Shown: positions 8,060 through 16,745, numbered from the stretch's first letter. The stretch is 64,000 bases of DNA from an uncultured Candidatus Saccharibacteria bacterium (GCA_964634305.1 CAZWLE010000004.1:35059-99058), one strand, 5' to 3'. Notes: a model not told the origin generated them from the sequence alone. A program made the numbers and translations.

Positions 8060-9253
8060 ATGAGACGCATACTTGTCATCGTAGGAGCGGTCATAGCGAT
8101 ACTCATCGTCGCAACACTCGTCTATCTACTCTTCTTTCGTGGACCGAGCGGTGGCGTGTCTGCAACGCCTGGTAACCAATTCCCTGATGGAGAGGGTATA
8201 GGTATTACCGCGCCTGACGTAGGTGTCCCTCAAGACGCAGGTGACGAAGTCGCCACGAATCTTATTCGTATTACGGAAGGACCTGTTGCTTTTGGCGTTG
8301 TAGCAAGCAGTACCGTCCGTTTCCAAACGCAGGGTGAAGGCACCACAACCGAGACCGTACGTATTCCAGAGACCGAAATACGGTATATCGAACGGGCAAG
8401 TGGGAATATCTATGCCTTCCGCTTGAACGAGCGTACCCTTACGCGCCTCACCAACCGTACACTACCTGGTATACAAGAAGCGGCATGGTTTCCCGATGCG
8501 TCAGTCGCGTTCGTACGCTTTATGGACGAAGCCGATGCAACGGAAACGTATGCACTCCCTGCTGACGGGGGAGAGGGGTACGCCCTTGAACGAAACATTT
8601 CCGACCTTGCGGTGACGGACAGTTCCGTCGTTACGCTCGTCTCATCCACCAATGGCTCAGTCGCCACCGCCGCAAACGCAAGTGGTGCCAATGCACGTAC
8701 GCTCTTCTCCTCACTTCTTTCATCGCTTCGCCTGCACGCAGGAAGCGCAACGGTCTTTGCGTCAACCAAAGCAGCGTCAGCTGCTGACGGCTATCTCTTT
8801 AAGACAGGAGCTTCGTTTGAACGCATCCTCGGTCCATTGAAAGGACTCACTGCGCTTCCAAGTCCGTCTGGCACGAAGGTTATCTATAGCTATGTATCAG
8901 GAAATACGACCCGCTCTGCGCTCTACGATGTCGCAACCCACACCGCGACCACACTCCCAGTAGCTGCACTCCCTGACAAGTGTGTGTGGACTGACGACGA
9001 ACAGAGTATTTACTGCGGTATTCCGCGCACCGTAGCTGCTGGCTGGCCAGACACCTGGTACCAGGGGGCGGCGCATTTCACCGACCGTATCTGGCGCATT
9101 GATGTCGATGCACGCATTGCGTCCCTTGTGGTTGACCCAAAGCTCGTTGCTGACGCAGAAATAGACGCGGTAGCGCTTGCAATAGATTCGCGCGCTGATG
9201 CGCTCGTGTTTACGAACAAAACTGACGGGTCCCTTTGGTTGTTTGACCTCTAG
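8060..9253 (+). CDS. Membrane-anchored extracytoplasmic protein, possibly a beta-propeller-like fold
   Basis: An N-terminal TM (ILVIVGAVIAILIVATLVYLLFF) is followed by a large hydrophilic domain. This is the last gene of the co-directional cluster. Confidence 0.4.
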   Translation: MRRILVIVGAVIAILIVATLVYLLFFRGPSGGVSATPGNQFPDGEGIGITAPDVGVPQDAGDEVATNLIRITEGPVAFGVVASSTVRFQTQGEGTTTETVRIPETEIRYIERASGNIYAFRLNERTLTRLTNRTLPGIQEAAWFPDASVAFVRFMDEADATETYALPADGGEGYALERNISDLAVTDSSVVTLVSSTNGSVATAANASGANARTLFSSLLSSLRLHAGSATVFASTKAASAADGYLFKTGASFERILGPLKGLTALPSPSGTKVIYSYVSGNTTRSALYDVATHTATTLPVAALPDKCVWTDDEQSIYCGIPRTVAAGWPDTWYQGAAHFTDRIWRIDVDARIASLVVDPKLVADAEIDAVALAIDSRADALVFTNKTDGSLWLFDL

Positions 9254-9996
9254 GTTTGAGGCGCTGGAGTTCCAGACACAACCGGATACACCTTACGGAC
9301 AACAAACTCCTGTACGACCATAAACACGCTTGAGGCGATGAAGTAGAGCGCGAGCACTGCTGAGGTGTACGCGATAGCACCCACAAGAAGCGGGAAGATG
9401 TAACGCGCCTGCAGAGCAATCATGCGGGCAAACTCATCCTGCATAGATGGTGTTGCTTCCGTGCTTTTTGGTGGTACTGGGATGACATACCAGCTCTGCC
9501 AGAGCTGTGCGAGCGCCGCGACAAGCGCGAGAATGATACTAGGAGCGGCGAGCGAGAAGATACCAAGGAAGAGAGGGGAGAGCACCGCAGGCGCCTGTAC
9601 GAATGGGTAGAGGAGCGATGGGTCAGCTGAGGCAAGGGCCGTAGCGTGAAGTGCGACGTAATAGAGACCGAAGAGAATCGGAATCTGAATGAAGAGCATC
9701 AAAATAGAGGCAAAGGGCTTCACGCCATGCGCCTTATAGAGTGCGAGCATCTCGCGTGCCTGTTTCTCCTTATCATCCTTATACCGCTCCTTGAGCGCCT
9801 TTAGCTCAGGCTCAAGCACCTTCATCGCGCGCTGGGTCTTCACCGCCGAGAGGGAGAGGGGAAGGAGCACCAGCTTTACGACGACGGTCGCGGCAATAAC
9901 CGCGATACCAAGGTCACCTCCAGGAATGATATCCACGAGGAATACCAAGAGGTTGTAGATAGGGAGATAAATGAAGTGGTGAAAGAAAGAAGCCAT
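9250..9996 (-). CDS. yidC: Membrane protein insertase YidC, short form
   Basis: The segment KTQRAMKVLEPELKALKERYKDDKEKQAREMLALYKAHGVKPFAS...IQIPILFGLY is typical of YidC. The gene sits in the canonical rpmH-rnpA-yidC arrangement. Confidence 0.75.
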   Translation of the reverse strand: MASFFHHFIYLPIYNLLVFLVDIIPGGDLGIAVIAATVVVKLVLLPLSLSAVKTQRAMKVLEPELKALKERYKDDKEKQAREMLALYKAHGVKPFASILMLFIQIPILFGLYYVALHATALASADPSLLYPFVQAPAVLSPLFLGIFSLAAPSIILALVAALAQLWQSWYVIPVPPKSTEATPSMQDEFARMIALQARYIFPLLVGAIAYTSAVLALYFIASSVFMVVQEFVVRKVYPVVSGTPAPQT

Positions 9997-10001
9997 AAGT
10001 C

Positions 10002-10316
10002 CTAATGATGGGGGCGATTGAGTAGAGATTCAAGCTCGGCCTTGAGAACACCGTAGGGAAGCCCGAGACTTCCCGCACGTGCGTAGGCAATAATGGAGCG
10101 ACCAGGGGTGAGATAGGGGCGTAGGACAGCGAGCATCCGGCGCTTCAAGAGGTGTCGGTCGACCGAGCGACGGGCTACCTTCTTAGACACTACGGCAGCT
10201 GCCCCTCCTTCACGGGCAGGGACAGCAACAATAGAGAAATGGGCTGAGGATGCCCTCATACCGCTCCGGGTGTCCGGAAACCGAGCCCGGGAAAGGCGGC
10301 TCCGGCGGGGCAGCAT
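10002..10316 (-). CDS. rnpA: Ribonuclease P protein component
   Basis: It is a basic small protein (RLSRARF...VVSKKVARRSVDRHLLKRRM) located between rpmH and yidC. The true start may instead be the internal Met at about 10259. Confidence 0.6.
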   Translation of the reverse strand: MLPRRSRLSRARFPDTRSGMRASSAHFSIVAVPAREGGAAAVVSKKVARRSVDRHLLKRRMLAVLRPYLTPGRSIIAYARAGSLGLPYGVLKAELESLLNRPHH

Positions 10317-10323
10317 GCCTAAT

Positions 10324-10476
10324 TTACGCCTTACGGCTCTTGACGGTCAGCGCGGCGCGTCCTTTTCTGCGGCGACGGGTAAGAACGTTCTTCCCGGTAG
10401 GGGTTTTGCTGCGAGAAAGGAAGCCGTGGGCGCGAGCGCGCTTTCGTTTCTTCGGCTGGTACGTGCGTTTTGGCAT
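10324..10476 (-). CDS. rpmH: 50S ribosomal protein L34, missing from the ORF track because it is under 60 aa
   Basis: The reverse-strand translation is [50 protein letters not shown]-stop, a near-canonical L34 sequence. Confidence 0.85.
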   Translation of the reverse strand: MPKRTYQPKKRKRARAHGFLSRSKTPTGKNVLTRRRRKGRAALTVKSRKA

Positions 10477-10585
10477 GAAGTCGAGTGATAAATGCTATCC
10501 ACAGGATACTAACATGTTCTCCACGCCGAGCAAGAAAATAGGCCAGTTTTTAGTTATCCACAGTGGCGCGTATACTACTCCCACG
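10477..10585. promoter_or_regulatory. dnaA upstream region carrying DnaA boxes (oriC/dnaA promoter candidate)
   Basis: A perfect TTATCCACA lies at 10554-10562. CTATCCACA (one mismatch) lies at 10495-10503. A weaker TTCTCCACG lies near 10518. All sit between the divergent rpmH and dnaA. Confidence 0.6.
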
Positions 10586-11929
10586 ATGAACAAACAAGAT
10601 CCTCACGAACTTTGGGAACACATACTTTCGCAGGTAGAACTCTCCATATCACCTGCCAATTTCAACACCTGGTTTCGTGAGAGTCATATTGTAAAGATAG
10701 AAGAGGGGATTGTGTACGTAGGTGTACCGAGCCAATTCTTCCGTGATTGGTACCAGAAGAAGTTCCACGCGCTTCTCCTTAAGATTCTCCGCTCGGTCTC
10801 CTACGAGTTCCGTAATATTGAGTACCTCATCGTTAAAGATGCACGTAAGCCAAAGGTAGAGAAGCGTGAGCGCCAGAATCAGGAGTTGCCGCTCGATGAG
10901 TTCTACATAAACAAGAGCGACAACCTTAATCCTCGCTACACGTTCGATACGTTTGTCGTTGGTTCCTTCAACGAACTCGCGTACACCGCTGCTATGGCTG
11001 CTATTAAGCGCCCTGGCATCACATACAACCCACTCTTTGTGTACGGCGACACCGGACGCGGTAAGACGCACCTCATTCAGGCGGTGGGTAATCAATTCAA
11101 GAAACTCTACCCAACGCGTAAGGTCTACTATCTAACGTCAGAGAAGTTTTCCGTCGACTACACCGACTCCATAGGGCAGGGGACGGCGAACCGTTTCAAG
11201 GAGAAGTACCGTCAGTACGATCTCATCATCATGGATGACATCCAGTTCCTCGCCAAGAAGGAGAAGACGCAGGAGGAACTCTTCCACCTCTTCAACCACC
11301 TGCACGACAACAATAAGCAGATTATCTTCTCCTCAGACCGTCCTCCTCAGGCTATTCCTGATATTGCTGACCGTGTACGTGGACGTCTTCTTAGCGGCAT
11401 GACGGTGGATATTTCTGAGCCTGATACCGAGTCTCGTATCGCTATCGTGAAGAAAAAGGCAGCTCAGCACGACGTCATCCTTGCTGATGATGTGGTGGAG
11501 TACGTCGCCACCTCCGTTTCTGGCTCTATTCGAGAGCTTGAAGGCATTATTAACTCACTTGTGTGTCATGCGCAGGTAAAAGGAGTATCTCCAGACCTTG
11601 CAGAGGTACGTCAGTCACTCCGTTCTTTCTCCCGCCCTACTAAATCAGTCTCGGTTAAGCATGTGGTCTCTAAGGTGGCTGAGTTCTACGGTATCGACGA
11701 GGAGAGTATCTACGAGAAGACACGCAGAAGGGAGGTGGTACGCCCACGTCAGGTCATCATGTTCCTTCTTCGTGAGGACTTCTCCGTCTCATATCCGACG
11801 ATAGGATCAAAGCTTGGTGGTCGTGACCACACCACCGTTATTCACTCGTGCGAAAAGGTGCGTCGTGAGATGACGGATGATCTTGAACTTGCAAAAGAGA
11901 TTCAAGATATCCGCGGACTGTTGGTATAG
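10586..11929 (+). CDS. dnaA: Chromosomal replication initiator DnaA
   Basis: The N-terminal domain (LWEHILSQVELSISPANFNTWF) is followed by the AAA+ Walker A (GDTGRGKTHL) and Walker B (DLIIMDDIQF), and a C-terminal DNA-binding domain (HTTVIHSCEKV). Start was taken at ATG 10586 rather than the over-extended track start at 10250. Confidence 0.9.
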   Translation: MNKQDPHELWEHILSQVELSISPANFNTWFRESHIVKIEEGIVYVGVPSQFFRDWYQKKFHALLLKILRSVSYEFRNIEYLIVKDARKPKVEKRERQNQELPLDEFYINKSDNLNPRYTFDTFVVGSFNELAYTAAMAAIKRPGITYNPLFVYGDTGRGKTHLIQAVGNQFKKLYPTRKVYYLTSEKFSVDYTDSIGQGTANRFKEKYRQYDLIIMDDIQFLAKKEKTQEELFHLFNHLHDNNKQIIFSSDRPPQAIPDIADRVRGRLLSGMTVDISEPDTESRIAIVKKKAAQHDVILADDVVEYVATSVSGSIRELEGIINSLVCHAQVKGVSPDLAEVRQSLRSFSRPTKSVSVKHVVSKVAEFYGIDEESIYEKTRRREVVRPRQVIMFLLREDFSVSYPTIGSKLGGRDHTTVIHSCEKVRREMTDDLELAKEIQDIRGLLV

Positions 11930-12132
11930 GTGTGTAAAACCTATGGAAAACTCCCAGGAAACTATGAGGATAATTACTGAGATGATTGGGGATTCTGTTA
12001 GGTTGGGAAAAGGGGTGTTAGTAAGTTCTGTTATTAACAATAGTTTTCAACAGGGTTGTGTAGGTGGTAGGGAGAAAATAACTAAGTATGTAGGCGGTAT
12101 TACTACGTTTTCCACCTATCAACACAACTAAT
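11930..12132. promoter_or_regulatory. AT-rich dnaA-dnaN intergenic region, candidate DNA-unwinding element or second oriC half
   Basis: This ~200 nt stretch is markedly AT-rich compared with its flanks. It contains degenerate box-like TTTTCCACC and TGTGTAAAA. Confidence 0.35.
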
Positions 12133-12141
12133 ATGGGTGGT

Positions 12142-13242
12142 ATGAATATTTCTCTAGAAAAAAAAGAATTAATACAGGCAGTGGGAATTGTTTCTCGTTT
12201 CTCTGAACGAAAGACCTCAACACTTCCTGCACTTGCAGGTATCTCGATACTGGCTGAGAAAGATACCCTTACGTTCTATGCCACTAATCTTGAAACCGGT
12301 ATCAGTCTTAAGGTGCAAGGCTCAGTCCGCACTCCTGGATCTATTGTGCTTCCGGCGAATATTTTCCGAGAGATCACCAACTCCTTCTCAGGTACAGGGA
12401 CAGTTTCTTTAGAGCTTGATGGTGATGTAGTGAAAATAGCAGCAGGAACCGCAAAGACCACTATGAAAACCCTTCCTCAAGAGGATTTTCCAACCCTTCC
12501 TTCTCTTGAGACGTCTAAAATCTCCTTCACTCTCCCTGGTACGCTTCTTAAGAGCCTTATTTCAACGGTAGCGTCGTGCGCATCTCCTTCGACGGTACGT
12601 CCTGAACTTGCCAGTATCTTTATTTCCGCTGAGGGCGGCACGGTAAAGGCGGTAGCTACTGACTCATTCCGTCTTGCAGAGAAGAAAGTATCCGTGAACG
12701 CATCAGTGAAGCCGTTCTCCATGCTTATTCCTGCTAAAAACGCCCTAGATATCGCACAGACGCTTCCTGACGAGGATATTGAGGTAAATGCCGACGAACA
12801 TCAGTGCTCCTTCTCTTGGAAGGGAGGTATGGCTACGACACGTCTTGTGTCTGCACAGTACCCAGACTATGGGCAGATAATTCCAAAAACATTCGCCGCA
12901 GAAGCGACGATTCTCCGAAAAGATTTTGAGACGGCTCTTCGTCGGGCCTCTGTCTTCTCTGACGCGTTCCAAAAGGTTCGTGTGGGACTTGATGCAGGAA
13001 AGAAGCAAGTCACGCTCTCATCGCGAAATTCTGACGTTGGAGAGTCCTTAGAGAGTATTCCTGCATCAATATCAGGAGAAGTAATAGAGCTGCCGTTTAA
13101 TCATCGTTATCTTGGTGCACCACTCTCTCTTATTGGCGCCGAGAGTATCTCGCTCTCTGCTGCAGGTATCGGTCGTCCATTAGTTATGCGTGGTCAGGGT
13201 GATACGTCCTTCTTGTATCTGGTAATGCCGATGAATCAATAG
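12142..13242 (+). CDS. dnaN: DNA polymerase III beta sliding clamp
   Basis: The ~366 aa length and three-domain beta-clamp pattern fit DnaN. The gene lies directly after dnaA. The track start at 12133 is an alternative. Confidence 0.85.
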   Translation: MNISLEKKELIQAVGIVSRFSERKTSTLPALAGISILAEKDTLTFYATNLETGISLKVQGSVRTPGSIVLPANIFREITNSFSGTGTVSLELDGDVVKIAAGTAKTTMKTLPQEDFPTLPSLETSKISFTLPGTLLKSLISTVASCASPSTVRPELASIFISAEGGTVKAVATDSFRLAEKKVSVNASVKPFSMLIPAKNALDIAQTLPDEDIEVNADEHQCSFSWKGGMATTRLVSAQYPDYGQIIPKTFAAEATILRKDFETALRRASVFSDAFQKVRVGLDAGKKQVTLSSRNSDVGESLESIPASISGEVIELPFNHRYLGAPLSLIGAESISLSAAGIGRPLVMRGQGDTSFLYLVMPMNQ

Positions 13243-13244
13243 TT

Positions 13245-14282
13245 TTGATGATTAACTCAAAAACATTATTTATAGTTGGTGCTGGAGCAAGTCAGGAGGT
13301 GAAATTTCCAGCAGGGGATACTTTTAAAAAAGAAATAACCAGACGGTTAGATATCCAATATGAACATGGTTTCGAGAGAACCTCTGGTGATGAAAGGATA
13401 GACGAAGCCTTTAGAAGATTAGTAAGAGAGAAGAATCCCCAAAACCAAGACATAAACCCGTATCTAAAAGCATCTCGGAAGATAAGAGACGCTCTGCCTC
13501 AAGCGTTATCTATAGATAATGTTTTGGATGCTCATGCGGAAGACGATGAGGTCCAGCTAGCAGGAAAGCTTGGAGTTGCCCAGACAATTCTAGAGGCAGA
13601 GAGAAAAAGTTCCCTGTTCTGTGGATTTGGAGAGAAGATAAACCAGTCGAATCTTTTGGATACTTGGTATGTTCAGCTTTCTAAGCTACTTACAGAGAAT
13701 GTAAGAAAAGGAGATATTGGAGAAATCTTCGATAACGTTTCTTTCATAACTTTTAATTACGACAGATGTATCGAGCAATATCTTCCCCATGCTCTTGCGA
13801 ATTATTATTCAATCTCCTTAGAGGAGGCACGGGCGATAGTCTCCACTTTGGTGATTAAACATCCTTATGGGCAGGTCGGTAGATTAAGCGCAGAAAATCC
13901 AAGAGACATGGTCCTTTTTGGAGAAACTGAGAGGGTTGATTTAATCGCTATTTCCTCTCAGATAAAAACTTTTACACAACAAGAAGCAAACCCAGCTAAC
14001 CTGGAAGATATAAAATCATTAGTAAGAGAAGCTGAAACGATAGTGTTTTTAGGGTTTGGTTTCCATAGGATGAATATGGAGCTACTCGACCCTCAGACGT
14101 CCACAAAAGTTAAGAGAGTATTCGGTACCGCTAGAGGCATTTCAAACATGGATTGTGAAGTGGTCAAAGACGACATCATGTCCATCCTTCACCCAGAGAC
14201 TACAATTCCTAAAATCGTGATTGATAACACCTTGTCCTGTTATGGGCTTTTCGAAACACACTGGAGAAGTCTCTCTCGTTAA
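13245..14282 (+). CDS. SIR2-like (SIR2_2 / ThsA-like) domain protein with a presumed NAD+-binding or NADase fold, standalone, 345 aa
   Basis: The motifs are FIVGAGASQE (GAGxS), ITFNYDRCIEQ (the TTNYD motif), IKHPYGQ (the xHG region) and IVFLGFGFHRMN (the FVGFSF-D motif). Order and spacing match ThsA N-domain-type SIR2. The gene is visibly AT-rich relative to dnaN and the PBP gene. Confidence 0.55.
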   Translation: MMINSKTLFIVGAGASQEVKFPAGDTFKKEITRRLDIQYEHGFERTSGDERIDEAFRRLVREKNPQNQDINPYLKASRKIRDALPQALSIDNVLDAHAEDDEVQLAGKLGVAQTILEAERKSSLFCGFGEKINQSNLLDTWYVQLSKLLTENVRKGDIGEIFDNVSFITFNYDRCIEQYLPHALANYYSISLEEARAIVSTLVIKHPYGQVGRLSAENPRDMVLFGETERVDLIAISSQIKTFTQQEANPANLEDIKSLVREAETIVFLGFGFHRMNMELLDPQTSTKVKRVFGTARGISNMDCEVVKDDIMSILHPETTIPKIVIDNTLSCYGLFETHWRSLSR

Positions 14283-14285
14283 AAA

Positions 14286-16481
14286 TCAGTTCCCAAACCC
14301 TGGTGGCATTATCTCGTAGAGAATCTCCGGTTCCTCGTCCTCATCCCGGTTTCTGCGGCGGTCGTTATTGTCTTCGTTACCTTCCTCGTTTGGATTTGTC
14401 AGGTCGTTGCTGAGGGCGTACTCCCAGTACGGAGTCTGGCGGTCACTACGTGAGGTGCCGCCACCAAGTGGATTGTCCTTGTCTACAAACCAGAGAAGGT
14501 CGTGAATACCGGAGTTGTCGGTAAAGCTACCGCGAAGTGCTGCGGGTGCGTTGTCAGGAATGGCACGGCGCTCACCAAAGTATTCCTGCGGCACCTTCTG
14601 AAGGGCGAAGTCCATGTACTCACGCCATGCAGGAGCAATGATGTAGCCTGCGACCTGTTTCACCATAGGGCTGTTGTCGTTGTTACCAGCCCAGACACCA
14701 ACCGCAAGTCCTGGCGTGTAGCCAATGGTCCATGCGTCGCGGTAGTCGTTAGTGGTACCGGTCTTTGCCGCAACATCGTAGTCAGCAAAGGAGAATGGGT
14801 TGTTACCTGGATTCTCGCGGGCTGCATCGTTTGAGAGGATGTAGGAGATGTCGCGCGCGACACCCGCATCAAGTACCTGCGTTGGGTCTGCCTTGAACTC
14901 TTCGAGTACCTGACCGTCGGAATCAGTAACCTTCAAGATACCGACCGGAGGATTAAGGACGCCGTCGTTAGCGAACGCGCCATATGCACTCGTGATATCG
15001 AGGAGGCGGACTTCACCCGCACCAAGCGCAAGTGAGAGACCGTACTGCTTCGCGTCACCAAGCGTGGTGATGCCCATGCGCGTCGCAAGGTCGATAACAT
15101 TCTCGATACCGGCGATGTACATAACCTTCACGGCAGGGATGTTAATCGACTGTACGAGGGCCGTGGCAAACGTCATAGGGCCGCGGAACTTATCATCGTA
15201 GTTACCTGGTGCGTAGCACGGATACTCGCTCTGGAAGATGTCGGACGGCGCGCAGGCGGTAGAGAACTGAGTAGGGAGGTCGAAGATAATCGTGTCAGGG
15301 GTGAAGCCTTTAGCGAGTGCGGTCGCGTACACGAATGGCTTAAACGACGACCCTGGCTGACGCTCGGCTATCGCAATGTTGTAGCTACCGTCGACACTCT
15401 CATCAAAGTAATCACGTGAGCCGACCATAGAGAGAATCTGTCCGGTCTTTGGGTCAATCGCAACGAGTGCTGCGTTTGAGGCGTTGTAGCGTCCTTGGTT
15501 TGCAATCGCATACTTATTCACGACTGACTCTGCTTCACGCTGAAGGTCGACATCAAGCGTTGTCTGCACTTCAAGACCGCGCGTGACGGCGGTAGGGCCG
15601 TACTTATTCTCAAGATACTGCTCGATAAAGAAAACGAAGTGCGGCGCGATGATTGAGTTAGTGTTCTGGGGGCTCCAGGTTACTTTCTCCGCCTTTGCCG
15701 TCGCATACTCCTCGTCGGTGATGTACCCGAGCTTGTTCATGCGCTCAAGCACGTAGTCTTTGCGGATATCGAGGTCGTCACGGTTGTTACCGTACGGCGA
15801 GAAGTAGGTAGGTGCCTGAGGGAGCGCAGCAAGGTATGCCGCCTCTGCGATAGAGACATCCTTCGCAGACTTTCCAAAGTACGCACGAGTAGCAGCCTCA
15901 ATACCGTAAAGCGTGCCGCCGTACGGGGTGTTATTGAAGTAGAGTTCGAGGATTTCTTCCTTTGAGTAGCGCTGCTCAAGTTTCAAGGCGAGCACCCACT
16001 CATGCACCTTACGAATGATGCTCTTGTCGGTAGTAAGCAGGGTGTTTTTGACGACCTGCTGCGTAATGGTTGAACCACCTTGTGCGAGCGTACCAGTCGT
16101 TATGTCGACATATATTGCGCGGAGGATACCAGGGATGCTGATGCCGTTGTGGTAGTAGAAGGCAGAGTCCTCAATCGCAATCGTTGCTTTCTGAACGTTT
16201 GGCGAGATGAGGTCAAGCGGAACCATGTTCCGAGTGACGTCAGGATTGAGGTCGTAGAGCACGGTGTTGCCGGTGCGGTCGAGAATACGAGTCGACTCAC
16301 TAATCTTTCGGGTCGAAAGGGTGTCGAGGTCAGGAAGTGGAGCGAGTGCGACGTAAAGAAGAGTAGTCGCAAAGCCAATGAATACAATGCCGCCCATAAT
16401 GCAGAGCGCCCGTACCACAGGGGAGGGATGATGAAGGAAGGAGTCGATAGTCGCCTTCAGGTTGAATTTCTTCTTGGTCAT
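14286..16481 (-). CDS. Class A penicillin-binding protein (bifunctional transglycosylase/transpeptidase) with an acidic C-terminal tail
   Basis: The GT51 region is IAIEDSAFYYHNGISIPGILRA and the transpeptidase motifs are SSFKPF and KTGTT. The ORF is 731 aa. Confidence 0.8.
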   Translation of the reverse strand: MTKKKFNLKATIDSFLHHPSPVVRALCIMGGIVFIGFATTLLYVALAPLPDLDTLSTRKISESTRILDRTGNTVLYDLNPDVTRNMVPLDLISPNVQKATIAIEDSAFYYHNGISIPGILRAIYVDITTGTLAQGGSTITQQVVKNTLLTTDKSIIRKVHEWVLALKLEQRYSKEEILELYFNNTPYGGTLYGIEAATRAYFGKSAKDVSIAEAAYLAALPQAPTYFSPYGNNRDDLDIRKDYVLERMNKLGYITDEEYATAKAEKVTWSPQNTNSIIAPHFVFFIEQYLENKYGPTAVTRGLEVQTTLDVDLQREAESVVNKYAIANQGRYNASNAALVAIDPKTGQILSMVGSRDYFDESVDGSYNIAIAERQPGSSFKPFVYATALAKGFTPDTIIFDLPTQFSTACAPSDIFQSEYPCYAPGNYDDKFRGPMTFATALVQSINIPAVKVMYIAGIENVIDLATRMGITTLGDAKQYGLSLALGAGEVRLLDITSAYGAFANDGVLNPPVGILKVTDSDGQVLEEFKADPTQVLDAGVARDISYILSNDAARENPGNNPFSFADYDVAAKTGTTNDYRDAWTIGYTPGLAVGVWAGNNDNSPMVKQVAGYIIAPAWREYMDFALQKVPQEYFGERRAIPDNAPAALRGSFTDNSGIHDLLWFVDKDNPLGGGTSRSDRQTPYWEYALSNDLTNPNEEGNEDNNDRRRNRDEDEEPEILYEIMPPGFGN

Positions 16482-16745
16482 GCGGGAATCCTAGCATGAG
16501 ACGAACGAAGCGGCCCTGCATGACGCAGGGCCGCTTTGTGTGACGAGCTGCTTATACAGCGTCTTCGTTCATTTCGTCGGTGGTCTCTTCGTCGGTGACT
16601 TCCTCCTCACCGTCAACTAGATCATTTCCTAGGTCGTCGTTCATGTAACGCAAATTATTTCTCATGCCCGAAGGCGCGAACCGCTCTATATGTACCAAAT
16701 CCGTCCGGGCTAGGGAAGGGGATAGTCCAGTGCGTGGGGATAGTG

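Noticed and set aside
10250-10585. Long N-terminal extensions in the ORF track (dnaA from 10250, ruvC to 17399, ruvB to 19444, thyA to 48441, tmk from 48137, zupT to 42072, argS from 50829)
   Set aside because: The extensions are open only for lack of stop codons or use alternative start codons. Homology-defined N-termini begin at internal Met codons. The dnaA extension would read through the DnaA boxes and rpmH.
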